DNA of 64,000 nucleotides. Origin: a virus (taxonomy: Duplodnaviria; Caudoviricetes). Positions 33,555 to 43,395 of this stretch are shown piece by piece. Both the position numbers and the translations under genes were made by a program. Location of the stretch: positions 1-64,000 of the IMG/VR virus record IMGVR_UViG_3300021082_000020; one strand, written 5' to 3'. Position 1 is the stretch's first letter; each line of letters begins with the position of its first letter. The notes beneath the pieces are model-generated. The model made no database searches, was not told where the DNA came from, and worked only from the letters and a program-made list of their open reading frames with translations.

Positions 33555-36500
33555 TTACCAACCGCCAGTACTGCCCATCGGCATCGAGAATCCGCCACCA
33601 CCCATATCGAAGCCACCGCCGCCACCCCAGTCGAGGCCGGCGCCGATGTTGCCGCCACCCCAACCCCAGCCACCGAGAACCTGCGGTGAGATCGGTGACA
33701 ACCCGCCGACCATGCCGCCGGACGCGGCTGTCTGATTGAGCAACGGACTCGAGTAGGTGCTGTTCTCAATGGGCGGCAGCACACCCGCCAAGGCTATGCT
33801 GCCGCCCTGGCTGCCGGGCGCGCCCGGTGCCACCGCGCCGGTCGGGATCGAACTTAATCCCGGCGGCGCAAGAGACAGCCCGCCGGCGGTACCACCGGCG
33901 GGCGTGGCGGGCTGCGCCGGAAGCACCGGCTGGGCATCAGCCGGTGGTGGGCTCGGATCCGGCGCAACCCGGCTTCCTTCATCGTTGTAGACATCGGTCA
34001 GGGCTTGGGCGATCTCCGGCGTCATCACCAGTTGCGGAGTTTGCGACGGTTCTGCGTAGCGCGCGTTCTTGCCGGTTGGCACACCCGGATCGGCGTCGAT
34101 GTTGGTGTGTTGTTTAATGTCGTAGAAACCGGCGTCGTTAGCGAGGGCGTCTGTCCGGCCAAGCTTAGAACGATTTTGTCCGCCTTTTCTCTTGTATGGA
34201 TCGCCCATATACGGATCGGATTCGGATTCAACATACATTCTGCGGTCATGAATGTTTGTCGACTCTGGCATCCGCGATGTGTCGATCGGTTTGAACGATC
34301 CGAGATGCTCGATAAATCCTGTGTTCTCTCGGTTGATGTATTCGGCCATTGCAGGATCGACATCAGGCAATGCGACAGCGCCACCTGAAGACGAGAAGTT
34401 CTGCGCCGGCAGTTCTGGCGCGTCGACCGCGGCGGTTGCGCCAGGTTTCTGGTCAGCAGCCGGTGTAACCTCCTCAGTGACGGCCGCTCCGGCGGCCGCC
34501 GCGGTCGGCTCTGGTGCCAGCCGCTTGCTGGCGCTGAAGTCGGTGGCACCCGAGGTGCCGAGGTCGAGGTCGCTGCGCTTGCCGACTGCCGCCGGCTTCG
34601 GCGCGCCCTCCTTCACCGCGGCGTCAAACTGCTGCTGGGTGATGCCCATCTTCGGCAGGTAGGGTTGCACGCCGGCGGCGATCTGGCTGCCGATGAACGG
34701 CGTGTTCATTGCCTCACGCAAGGTCTTGTTGCCGATGAAGTCCGGCACTTGACTGACCTTGCTCGGATCCCCCCGCTTGACCAGCTCGATCACCTTGGTG
34801 TCGAGCAGCGCGTGTGCCGGGTTGACCGCGGGAGCGGCTGGCGGCGCCGGCTTGGCGACCGGCGGCGGCGCAGGGGGCGCGGCTGCCGGAGGTTTGACCG
34901 GCGCCGCTGCTGCCGCAGCCGGGGTAGTAGGGGTAGGCACTACGGCCGCGGGAGGTGGAGCTTGGGCTGCTGGTGTCGCTGCCGGTTCTTCCGGCAGCAA
35001 TGTTTCCGGTTCGGTCGCCGCGATTGCGGCAGCACCCGGCGGCGCACTTGGCGTGGGTGCCGCCGCCGGAGCCGCAGCCGGCGCAGGCTTCGCTTCAGCT
35101 TGCGGGGGCTGGGCGGGAGCCTGTGCCGGAGCTGTTTTTGGTGTCGCTGCTGGATCCTGTTTGCCGCCCCAGTCCTGGGCCGCGGTCGTTCCGGCGTTTG
35201 GATTCTTGTAATAGTTCGGATTGTCGAACGCCTGCGCTTCCTGGCCGCGGCGAATGGTCAGGCCGTGCAACGGCTTCTTGGCGCCGGATGCGTCGGTGAC
35301 CTTGTCGTACTGGACGAAGATCTCTTTAGCCTGCTTCCAGTCGCCGGCCTTCACCGCGGCAGCCAGGCCGGTGTTGTTCAAGGCGGCGCCGCCGGTGTTG
35401 AAGCCGAGCGAGGCGAGCGAGTTGCGGATCGCCGGCGGGGTGTTGGGGTTGAGCGCATCGATCGTTGCCAGGTGCCGGCTCAGTTCGGCGTTCATCTCAG
35501 CCCTGGCGGTCGGCTCGTCGATGCTGGTGCGGCCCTTGGCGGCGGTGCCGTAGCCGATGTTGGTGGTGCCATAGTCGGCGAACGACTTCGGCGTGAAGTT
35601 CTCCTTCTTGGCCACCCACTCGGTCAGCTCCGGCGGCACGCCAGCGGCGTGCGGGCCTGTCGCGGATGTAGCGGATGTAGCGGATGCCGGGTTGGAGAAC
35701 GATTGCCCTTTATAGCCAGGATTGATCTGGACGTGCGGCGCGTCACCCTTGACCGGGAAGTGGACGCCAAACTTGTCCTGGTTGCCGGCGTTCAACCACT
35801 GCCGGAACGGGCTGTCGGGCAGGTCGCCGGCGCTACCCTTCTGGTGCTGCGAGTGGCCGGCCTTGGCGGCGATGCCGCCGGTGCCGGCCTCGTACTTGTC
35901 GCGGTAGATCTGCTGCACGTCGGCGCCGCGGGAGAACTCGCCGTACTGCGCCCGCTTGCCGGGGTTCTCCTTCTCGAACGCCTCGCCAGCGGCACGCAGC
36001 CGGGCGGCCAGTTCGGGATCAATCCCCTGGTAGCTGCCGGCCGCGGTCAGCGGCGCGTCGACGATCTTGCCGTCCTTCAACACACTGTGGTGACCGCCAC
36101 GCTCCTGTAAGAACTTGAGATCGGCTTGGTAGGTCGGGCCTTCGGCCGATCGCTCGACCGGCGCCCTGAGCCTGGCGCGGTTGGCGCCCGGCCCAGGCGG
36201 CCGCTCCGGCATGGCCGGCGGTGTCGGCGGCTTCACCTGCTGCTGTGCCTGCAGCTTCTGCTGCAGGGCCTTGTCCTTGGCGGCGCCGAAGCCGCCCGAG
36301 ATCGTTTCACCGATGCTATCGTCACTCTGCATCGGCCGCTGCAGCGACGAGGTGACCTGGCCGACCAGCGGCTGCACCTGCAGCGGCTTGGTTTCGTCGA
36401 CGTGGATGTCTTTCGCGCTCGGCCCCTTGAGTATGCGCTCGAGGAATTGGGTCATCTGGCTGGGCTGTGTGCCGGGTGGCACCACACCCAGGTTGACGCC

Positions 36501-36611
36501 GAGCGCGTGCAGCGCACGCGAAGTATCATCGCCGAGCAGCGGCTGCTTGCCGGCGATCATCGTCTGCTTGCTCTTCTCGCGCTCGAGCGCCTGTTCGTCC
36601 ATGTAGGCCAT
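33555..36611 (-). CDS. Ejection/internal virion protein with M15 peptidase and GH24 lysozyme domains
   Basis: R..Q..Y..GHSQH..G.AGD..PHVQ (M15); E.F..D..T.IGYG..SL.FN.G..GL..RR..E (GH24); Pro/Ala linkers. Confidence 0.85.
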   Translation of the reverse strand: MAYMDEQALEREKSKQTMIAGKQPLLGDDTSRALHALGVNLGVVPPGTQPSQMTQFLERILKGPSAKDIHVDETKPLQVQPLVGQVTSSLQRPMQSDDSIGETISGGFGAAKDKALQQKLQAQQQVKPPTPPAMPERPPGPGANRARLRAPVERSAEGPTYQADLKFLQERGGHHSVLKDGKIVDAPLTAAGSYQGIDPELAARLRAAGEAFEKENPGKRAQYGEFSRGADVQQIYRDKYEAGTGGIAAKAGHSQHQKGSAGDLPDSPFRQWLNAGNQDKFGVHFPVKGDAPHVQINPGYKGQSFSNPASATSATSATGPHAAGVPPELTEWVAKKENFTPKSFADYGTTNIGYGTAAKGRTSIDEPTARAEMNAELSRHLATIDALNPNTPPAIRNSLASLGFNTGGAALNNTGLAAAVKAGDWKQAKEIFVQYDKVTDASGAKKPLHGLTIRRGQEAQAFDNPNYYKNPNAGTTAAQDWGGKQDPAATPKTAPAQAPAQPPQAEAKPAPAAAPAAAPTPSAPPGAAAIAATEPETLLPEEPAATPAAQAPPPAAVVPTPTTPAAAAAAPVKPPAAAPPAPPPVAKPAPPAAPAVNPAHALLDTKVIELVKRGDPSKVSQVPDFIGNKTLREAMNTPFIGSQIAAGVQPYLPKMGITQQQFDAAVKEGAPKPAAVGKRSDLDLGTSGATDFSASKRLAPEPTAAAAGAAVTEEVTPAADQKPGATAAVDAPELPAQNFSSSGGAVALPDVDPAMAEYINRENTGFIEHLGSFKPIDTSRMPESTNIHDRRMYVESESDPYMGDPYKRKGGQNRSKLGRTDALANDAGFYDIKQHTNIDADPGVPTGKNARYAEPSQTPQLVMTPEIAQALTDVYNDEGSRVAPDPSPPPADAQPVLPAQPATPAGGTAGGLSLAPPGLSSIPTGAVAPGAPGSQGGSIALAGVLPPIENSTYSSPLLNQTAASGGMVGGLSPISPQVLGGWGWGGGNIGAGLDWGGGGGFDMGGGGFSMPMGSTGGW

Positions 36612-38710
36612 TAGCGTCGTGGCCCCGCTAGTGGTGGTCCGCCCGGCCCGGATGCCGCCGCTGAGGCGGCGGTGATTGCTGCTGCCAGGTCAGCGATGGT
36701 GTAATCGCGCTGGAAGGGCTGGCCCTCCAGTGCATTGAGCGCGGTCGGCGACTGCATCATCCGGCCGCCGATCGCCCGCCGGATCGGCCCGAGCGAGTAG
36801 CCGGCGATCCGTCCGGCGGTGTTGCCGCCGGGTACGCCGGTCACGGCGCTGACCGCGCTGCCGATCTGGCCGCCGACCTCGCCGGCAGTCAAACCGCCGA
36901 CGACGCCTTGACTGAGATTGCCCATGGTCTGGCCAAGCCCTCCTTGTCTGGTGGGTTGGTTCAGTGCCTGGGCGATCAGTGCCAGGCGGTCGACCCGGTC
37001 GCGCTGCGGGCCTGCTATCACATCCAGCGATTCGTCCGCTATGCCCCGGACCCGGGTGGCAAGCTGCCGCGGCCCCGGCGCGCCCTGGTTCGGGCTGTTG
37101 ATAGTCTGGTTGCCGAGCAGGCGCAGGTAGTCACCGAAAGTCTGGTCGAGCGGCGACGGCCCCTGCCCGCGTGCGACCGGCTGGCTGGTGGCTTCCAGCA
37201 TGCGCAGCCGGGTCGGATCCTGCTCACCCTGCTTGAGGTAGTTGTAGCCGGACGCGGCATTGGTACCGGCCCGCTCGGCTACGCCGGTGAGCTGCTCATG
37301 CGGTCCGCCCTCACCCATCGCGGCGGCGTAGCGTTCCTGGGTGCGATCGAACACGGCCGGCGGCACGCCCTGATTGACCGCGGTGCCGCGCATCTCGCGG
37401 GTAGCAGCGGCTTCGACATCGCCGGCGTAGCGGCTCGGGATCGGATCCATACCTTCGCCGGCGATCCGGGTGCCGCTGCGGAAGTCGCGCAATTGATTGT
37501 AGGTGCCACTGGTATCGAGGATGGCGCCGGTGACCGGGTCGCGTGGGAACCGCGCCTCGATCGCGTTGGCGCGGGTCTCCAGCGGCCGGGCGGTGATCGG
37601 ATCGGTCTGACCTGCAGCCTGGCGCAGCGCGTCCAGCACCGGCTGCCAGTCGGCCACGGCGCCCGGCCCGACCGTCTGTGCCAGGGCTTCCTGCGGCGCC
37701 GCCACCCGGGTCCGCAGGTCGTCGGCGTTGGTCCTGGCGATGTCGCCTACCGCGGCGCCGATGTCGGCCGGCGCCGGCGTCGGATTGACCGAGCCTCTGG
37801 CGTCGGCCATGTCGTCCCAGGCGGCGCCGGTCTGGTCGCGGGCATTCATGCGGCGGTTCTGGGTGAAGGTAGACGCGCCGAAACGGTTGGCGTTGGCATT
37901 CTCCCGCATCCGTATGGTGTCGTTGCCGAGCGCGCTGGCCGGTAGTTGGACGCCCTCGACCCGCGCCGCCTGCGCAATCTGCGGTGCTTCCGGCCGGCCC
38001 ATGCCGCGGTACTTCCAGTCGATGTAGCTGCGCGGCGCCTGGCCGGCGGCACTGGCGCCACCGCCGCCGAGGATCGCGCCGAATAGCGCGCTGGTCTCCG
38101 GGTCGACGCCGGCCGTCCGGCCGACCTTCTCGCCGATGTCGGCGCCATAGTGCGAGCCGACTGTCGGCGCCACTGTGGTAGTGCCGAGCCGGGTCAATGC
38201 GGCGCGCACCGCCGCCAGCGCGTTCGGCGCCGCGGCCACGCCGCGGGCGATCGCCGACGCGCCGCCGCCGAGCAGGGCGCTGGCGCCGCCTTCGAGCAGT
38301 TGCCGGATCGTGCTGGCATCGGCCGGCAGTGGCTCGGCGCCGACCGCGTTCAGCGCCATCGGCCCGAGGTAGGGGATCTTGGTCTCGGGAAAGATCCCGG
38401 CCCGGGATCCGGCATTGCCGACGGCGATCGCCAGGTCGGGTATGCCGGTCAGCGCGCCGCCGCCGATCCGCGCGGCGGTGTTGTAGGCGGAATAGGGATC
38501 GCTCGGCGTGGCTGGAGCTGCGGCCGGTGCCGGAGCGGGTGTCGGCTCCGCAGTCGGTGCCGATGCCGCGGTGCCGGCCGGCGGCGCTGGCGCGGCGCCG
38601 TCCCGCAGCTGCTTGTATTGATCGGTCTTGGCCTGGAACTCAGGCGTGCCTTTCAGGTGCTGATTCTCGGTGGCCCACTGCACCAGGCTTTCCAGGGTGT
38701 CGGCCATCAC
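36611..38710 (-). CDS. Ejection/internal virion protein
   Basis: 699 aa Ala/Gly-rich with hydrophobic Gly helices; position in ejection cluster. Confidence 0.65.
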   Translation of the reverse strand: MMADTLESLVQWATENQHLKGTPEFQAKTDQYKQLRDGAAPAPPAGTAASAPTAEPTPAPAPAAAPATPSDPYSAYNTAARIGGGALTGIPDLAIAVGNAGSRAGIFPETKIPYLGPMALNAVGAEPLPADASTIRQLLEGGASALLGGGASAIARGVAAAPNALAAVRAALTRLGTTTVAPTVGSHYGADIGEKVGRTAGVDPETSALFGAILGGGGASAAGQAPRSYIDWKYRGMGRPEAPQIAQAARVEGVQLPASALGNDTIRMRENANANRFGASTFTQNRRMNARDQTGAAWDDMADARGSVNPTPAPADIGAAVGDIARTNADDLRTRVAAPQEALAQTVGPGAVADWQPVLDALRQAAGQTDPITARPLETRANAIEARFPRDPVTGAILDTSGTYNQLRDFRSGTRIAGEGMDPIPSRYAGDVEAAATREMRGTAVNQGVPPAVFDRTQERYAAAMGEGGPHEQLTGVAERAGTNAASGYNYLKQGEQDPTRLRMLEATSQPVARGQGPSPLDQTFGDYLRLLGNQTINSPNQGAPGPRQLATRVRGIADESLDVIAGPQRDRVDRLALIAQALNQPTRQGGLGQTMGNLSQGVVGGLTAGEVGGQIGSAVSAVTGVPGGNTAGRIAGYSLGPIRRAIGGRMMQSPTALNALEGQPFQRDYTIADLAAAITAASAAASGPGGPPLAGPRR

Positions 38711-40308
38711 TGCACTCCGAATGCTTCGTTACCGCGTTGGACCACCGGCGGCACTGCCGGGGCGGCAGCGCCGCGCCGCGCGCCAGTGGCTGGTGTTGCG
38801 GTGGCGGCGGCTGGATCTACGGCCCGGCCCCGCTGCAGGATGGCTTCCTTGTCGAACGGATGCATCTCCGGCATCTTCGGCACCGCCACGTTCGGGTCGA
38901 CGCCGCGGCTCTTCGACACCGTGTCGCGGAAGTGATCGGTGACCACGTTGCGGTTCTGCTCGTACTCCTTCATGCGGACGTAGCCCTGCTCGATCAGGTT
39001 GGCGCGGGTCTCCGCACTCATCATGCCCTGGTCGGTGAACAGCTTGGAGTACAGCGCCGCCATCTGCTGCGCCATGGTGCCGGCGCCCTGGGTCAATTTG
39101 ATTTCGCCTTCGCGCACCACCGAGCCCGGGTCGAACAGCTTGGCGATCGCGTAGACGATCTGCAGATCGGTGGTGTTGTTGATCGGCCGGTTGGTGGCCT
39201 CGATCAGTGAGTTGTAGCTGGGTATTGCTGACAGGTAGTCTTTAACCTCCTGGGTCCGCATGACGCGGTCGGAGATGTCCAGCGGATCTCCTGCCAGGCT
39301 GCCGGTGACCCGTGACGCATTCGGATCGACCGGCGTCCCGGTGCCGGACGTCGACAGCATGCCACCGCGGCCGAGCAGGTCGACCACATGCGGCGGCATC
39401 TCCTGGGTGTGGACGTACTTCTCTTGCTTGACGCCGTTGGCTTCCTCGAGCACGCGCGAGGATGGGTAGGCGGTCGGCGCAAAGATCGCGATGTTCATGC
39501 GCTCGGCCTGGGTGAGATCGCGGCCGACGCTTTGCCGGGCGATCACTGCCAGCCGCTCGCGGGCGGTGGATTCATCCAGCTTCGGCGTAAGATCCGTAGG
39601 TCCGGTGGTGGCGAGCGTGTGACCTGGCGGCACTGCACCGTTGGGGCCAAACAGCGGCCGGTTGGTGCCAAGCTCGGTCTTGTTGTTGTTGGTGGTGACC
39701 CGTTGCCCGGTCGGCTGGCCGTCGATGCCGATCACCGCGAGCGTGTGCGCGGCCGGTACGCTTTTCTCTTCGCCGGTGCGGAACCGGCCGGTGGTCAGGA
39801 ACTGCAAACGGTTCTGTTCGTCCTGATCGGTCGGCGCGCCGCTTAAACCGACGCGGGCCTTGGCATAGCCGCCAGGCAGGTCGCCGGCGCCCTGGTGCGC
39901 CTGCGCCCGGGCGGTCGCCTGGAAGAACGGCAGCTCGGCCTTGTAGCGTTCGGCCACCTTCGGATCGACGTACTTCTCCTGGTATGTGGTCGGCGGCAGG
40001 AAGGTCTCGCCCGGCAACGTGCTCGGGTCGGCCGGATTGACCGGCCCCTGCTGCTCGATCGGGATGTCGCGGGTGCTCTGTGGCGGCCCGGCAGTGGCAA
40101 TTGCTGCAGCCGCGGTGTCGCCGGCGGCGACGGCGGCGTCGAACTTGGCTTTGTCCTCGGCCTGCTTCTGTCGCAGCGCGACGATGTGCTCGACCGTCAG
40201 CTTCTGGTCGAGCGCCGCCTTCGGCGCGCCAGTGATGCTCTTGGCTATGTTAGTGGCGAGACTGCCCCAGGATGGATCCTGCTGGTAGGTGAGAAATTCC
40301 GATCCCAT
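38707..40308 (-). CDS. Ejection/internal virion protein
   Basis: 533 aa; C-terminal D..IVY..AKL.DPGSVVREGE motif; position. Confidence 0.65.
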   Translation of the reverse strand: MGSEFLTYQQDPSWGSLATNIAKSITGAPKAALDQKLTVEHIVALRQKQAEDKAKFDAAVAAGDTAAAAIATAGPPQSTRDIPIEQQGPVNPADPSTLPGETFLPPTTYQEKYVDPKVAERYKAELPFFQATARAQAHQGAGDLPGGYAKARVGLSGAPTDQDEQNRLQFLTTGRFRTGEEKSVPAAHTLAVIGIDGQPTGQRVTTNNNKTELGTNRPLFGPNGAVPPGHTLATTGPTDLTPKLDESTARERLAVIARQSVGRDLTQAERMNIAIFAPTAYPSSRVLEEANGVKQEKYVHTQEMPPHVVDLLGRGGMLSTSGTGTPVDPNASRVTGSLAGDPLDISDRVMRTQEVKDYLSAIPSYNSLIEATNRPINNTTDLQIVYAIAKLFDPGSVVREGEIKLTQGAGTMAQQMAALYSKLFTDQGMMSAETRANLIEQGYVRMKEYEQNRNVVTDHFRDTVSKSRGVDPNVAVPKMPEMHPFDKEAILQRGRAVDPAAATATPATGARRGAAAPAVPPVVQRGNEAFGVQ

Positions 40309-40315
40309 GCTGCCC

Positions 40316-41002
40316 TCATACGCTCGTAGCTAGCGCGTTGCCGAGGCCGGTCCCGGCAACGCTGGCGCCGGCTTGCGCTAATCCCCCAGCTGCACCGCCG
40401 CTGTACTGTGAAATCTTTATCGGCTCGACTGCCTTGGCGACGTTGTAGGCGGACAACTGTCCGGCGCGCTCGTTGCCGGCCAGGCGGATGTCCTGGCCTG
40501 CAGCATTAAAAATGCTGTTGGCGCGGTTGGTTAGGCCATACTGCGAGCCGCCGTAGGACTGCACGTTGGCGAGGGCGGCGATACGTTTCCTCGCTTCGAT
40601 CGCTGCCTGCTGGATATGCCCTTGAATGGCACTCTTCATCTCGTCGGAGCCGTTCTCCTGCCCGGAGAACATGGCAGAGGCGATCGCGTTGGGGTCGCCC
40701 TCGGCCTGGTTGGCGATGTCTTCCGGCGTCAGTGCCACCTTCAATCGATCGGCTTCGTTCTCCTGTGCCGCGGTCTGCTTCTTGGCGTCCAGCTCCTCGA
40801 GCGAGCCACTGCGCGCGGCCTCGGCATTGAGCCGCAGCTGCTCGTCGCGCTTCAGATATTCTTGGGATTGTCTTCGCTGGTAGGCGACCCACTGATCGTT
40901 GGCAGCATTTTGCTGCGAGGCCATGTCTTGCTGCTGCTGCATGTTGTACATCGACATGCCGATGCTGAAGCCAAGACCAATGATCGAGACGGGATCGCAC
41001 AT
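40316..41002 (-). CDS. Internal virion protein (T7 gp14-like)
   Basis: MCDP start, hydrophobic N-terminus, Gln/Ala-rich helix, Gly-rich C-terminus. Confidence 0.7.
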   Translation of the reverse strand: MCDPVSIIGLGFSIGMSMYNMQQQQDMASQQNAANDQWVAYQRRQSQEYLKRDEQLRLNAEAARSGSLEELDAKKQTAAQENEADRLKVALTPEDIANQAEGDPNAIASAMFSGQENGSDEMKSAIQGHIQQAAIEARKRIAALANVQSYGGSQYGLTNRANSIFNAAGQDIRLAGNERAGQLSAYNVAKAVEPIKISQYSGGAAGGLAQAGASVAGTGLGNALATSV

Positions 41003-41014
41003 GGTTCAGCTCGG

Positions 41015-41659
41015 TTACGTTATGGTTCCAGATCCAGCCTCGCGGCCGGTCCGGGCGGCGAGTGCCTTGTTAGCCTGATACTCTCCGACCGCCGGCGCGA
41101 CCGCCGAGCCCAGGCCGATGGCGATCGGCTTGAACATGTCGCCCAATGCGCCCGGGTTCGGCTGCTGCAATTGCGCGTTGCCGGCAGATGTCGCCGCGGT
41201 GTTGGCGGCGACGGTAGGGTCTTCGGTGGCGTACAGCTGGTTGTAGGCTTGCTGCTGCTGCGCCGCGATCGATTTGCGCAACTCAGCCGTATCAGTATCG
41301 GCCTTGGCCTTCAGCGCCGCCTCGTTGACGCCCTGCTGCTCGGTCAGCTTGTTCTGCACGAAGCCGGCGGCGCCGGAGCGTAACAACCCGGCGCGCGCCA
41401 GGTCCGCTTCGGAGGTGCGCTTGGCCTCGCCGTACTGCTTCTCCAGCTGCGGCAGTGTGTAGTCCAACCCGGCCTTGCGATACTTCTCATAGAAAGCATC
41501 GCCGAAGTTGTCGTTGCCAAAGATGCTATCGATCGCCGTCTTGCCCTGATTGAGCCGAGCCTGGCGCTCGTTCTCTTTGTCGCGAGCTTCCTGGGCGCGC
41601 TGCATCTCCAGCTGCACCATTTGATTGTTCGATGGTCCGCTTCCGCCTTTACCGCCCAT
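41015..41659 (-). CDS. Putative internal virion protein with MGGKGG N-terminus
   Basis: GAGGTG RBS; Gln/Ala helical; ARAGLLRSG motif. Confidence 0.65.
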   Translation of the reverse strand: MGGKGGSGPSNNQMVQLEMQRAQEARDKENERQARLNQGKTAIDSIFGNDNFGDAFYEKYRKAGLDYTLPQLEKQYGEAKRTSEADLARAGLLRSGAAGFVQNKLTEQQGVNEAALKAKADTDTAELRKSIAAQQQQAYNQLYATEDPTVAANTAATSAGNAQLQQPNPGALGDMFKPIAIGLGSAVAPAVGEYQANKALAARTGREAGSGTIT

Positions 41660-41668
41660 GTGCTCACC

Positions 41669-42019
41669 TCATACTTGCGCGTTCGGATCGACCGGCGCCG
41701 TCTTGCTGTAGTCTGCCCAGAAGCCGGGCGGCGTCAGCACCGACTTGGCGACGATGTTGCCGGTGGAATCCTTGGTGGTCTCGGTGCCGGACACGCCCTC
41801 GGCCGGTGCGGTCGTGGTGTCTGGCTTCGAAGTGTCTTCCGCGGGCTTTGCCGTAGCGTCAGTGGCCGCTTTCTTGACGTTGATGTTCGACTGGTACCCA
41901 GTCATATCCAGCGGCGCCTTCTTGGCCAGCGTCTGCTGTGCCTCTTCCAAGGTTGCATTGCCCGACTTGTCGAGCGGTTCCTGGTAGTACTGCTGTCCAC
42001 CGCCACCCTTGCCGCCCAT
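41669..42019 (-). CDS. Small virion-cluster protein with MGGKGG N-terminus
   Basis: AGGAG RBS before ATG at 42019; C-terminal TGNIVAKSVLTPPGFW motif. Confidence 0.65.
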   Translation of the reverse strand: MGGKGGGGQQYYQEPLDKSGNATLEEAQQTLAKKAPLDMTGYQSNINVKKAATDATAKPAEDTSKPDTTTAPAEGVSGTETTKDSTGNIVAKSVLTPPGFWADYSKTAPVDPNAQV

Positions 42020-42027
42020 GACTACTC

Positions 42028-42498
42028 CTACTTGCTTATGCTGAGACTGCCTTGTGTGTTCGACGCTTTCTGTTTGCCCTGCGCATCCCAATTCGACGGC
42101 GGCGCCAGCAGTGTCGCGGCCAGCTGGTCGCCGGTGGTGGTCTGCAGTTTGCTGCCGCTGCTGATCGGACTGCCGGCCGAGATCGCCGGCCCGAGTGGCG
42201 CGTTCGGGTCGACTGCCGGCGCGGCCGGTGCCGCCGGTGCGGCGGCTGCGGGCGCGACGATCGGCGGCGCCACTGGTGCCGGTGCCGGCTCTGGTGCGGG
42301 TGCGGCTACGGGCTCTGGCGTCGCCTCCGGCGCGGGCGGCGCGATCCAGTTCGGATCGGTTTCTTTGTTCCAGAAGCCGCCGTAACCGTCATATTCGGGC
42401 GGCAGGGCCGGGTTTCTGATGTATCCGCCGTAGCCGTCGTAGATCGTGTCCGGTTCGATCCGGTAGCCGCCGTAACCATCATAGACTGAATATGGCAT
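42028..42498 (-). CDS. Pro-rich protein with three YDGYGG repeats
   Basis: 3x YDGYGG[YF]; C-terminal TGDQLAATLLAPPSNW. Confidence 0.7.
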   Translation of the reverse strand: MPYSVYDGYGGYRIEPDTIYDGYGGYIRNPALPPEYDGYGGFWNKETDPNWIAPPAPEATPEPVAAPAPEPAPAPVAPPIVAPAAAAPAAPAAPAVDPNAPLGPAISAGSPISSGSKLQTTTGDQLAATLLAPPSNWDAQGKQKASNTQGSLSISK

Positions 42499-42505
42499 GG
42501 CCCAC

Positions 42506-42877
42506 CTATCTGGTTGTGCTGATGCTGCCAGGCGTGGTCGCCGGCCGCTGCGATTGATTTGCCCAAATCGACGGCGGTGGCAGCAGCGACCCAGCCAGGA
42601 GAGCGCCGGTGGATTGCGGCGGGCCGCCGCCAGGTTGCAGCTTGCTGACGATCGGACCGCCGGCCGGGATTGCCGGGCCGAGCGGCTCGACTGGCGCCGC
42701 GGCCGCGGGAGCGGCCGGTGCCACTGGCGGCGCCACCGGCGCCGGTGGCGGTGCCATCTGCGCCGGCGCCATCGGCAGGTTCAGTGGTGGCGGCGCCGCC
42801 GGTGCCGGTTCCGGTTCCGCTGCCCAGCCCGGTTCGGATCCCCAATGATAACCGCCGCCTATGTCGTTCCAAGGCAT
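42506..42877 (-). CDS. Pro-rich paralogue of 42028..42498
   Basis: Shares PLGPAI.AG.PI and TGALLAGSLLPPPSIW motifs. Confidence 0.7.
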   Translation of the reverse strand: MPWNDIGGGYHWGSEPGWAAEPEPAPAAPPPLNLPMAPAQMAPPPAPVAPPVAPAAPAAAAPVEPLGPAIPAGGPIVSKLQPGGGPPQSTGALLAGSLLPPPSIWANQSQRPATTPGSISTTR

Positions 42878-43395
42878 CAGAGCACCACCGTGAAAATCAT
42901 GCCGACCGGCTCGCCACCGAAGTGCCGACCGATCATGTTCATCAGTGAGTTCTGCTCCGGCATACCGGAGCAGATTGGGAAGTTGATCACCTTGCAGCCG
43001 TCGCGGCGGGCCAAGGTGATGACCATGTCGACCAAGCGGCGGCCGAGGTCGGTGCGCTGGTACTTCGGGATGGTGTAGGTCTCGTCCATCACGCCCATCG
43101 GCTCGGAGAACACATCGAACACATGGTAGCTGCAGACGCCGACCAGCTTGTTGTTGTCCAGCGTATCGAGCGCGATGACGTACATGGCGAACTGGGTGCC
43201 GACCGCGTTCGCTAAGTAGCGTTCGGATTTCTCCCGGTGATACTTCAGGTGCTTGGCCCAGCCGGACAGCTCGAAGAACTCGCCGAGGAAGTCGGCAAGC
43301 ATCGGAGCGTCGGCCGATTCCGCCATGCGGACGTTAATGTGCGGGGTACGCACCGTCCGCTTTGGTTTTGGTAGTTTGATAACCGGAATATTCAT
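42877..43395 (-). CDS. GNAT acetyltransferase
   Basis: VRMA..D; acetyl-CoA motif YTIPKYQRTDLGRRLV; AGGTGG RBS. Confidence 0.85.
   Translation of the reverse strand: MNIPVIKLPKPKRTVRTPHINVRMAESADAPMLADFLGEFFELSGWAKHLKYHREKSERYLANAVGTQFAMYVIALDTLDNNKLVGVCSYHVFDVFSEPMGVMDETYTIPKYQRTDLGRRLVDMVITLARRDGCKVINFPICSGMPEQNSLMNMIGRHFGGEPVGMIFTVVL

Noticed and set aside
35662-35687. Short tandem repeat gcggatgta
   Set aside because: In-frame 9-bp repeat encoding an SAT linker between the two hydrolase domains; no sign of phase variation
34665-36110. 481-aa plus-strand ORF and similar long ORFs (2094..3359, 24980..25999, 36908..37945, 38197..39210, 55759..56721)
   Set aside because: Shadow frames of well-supported genes in high-GC DNA; Arg/Gly-rich with no motifs
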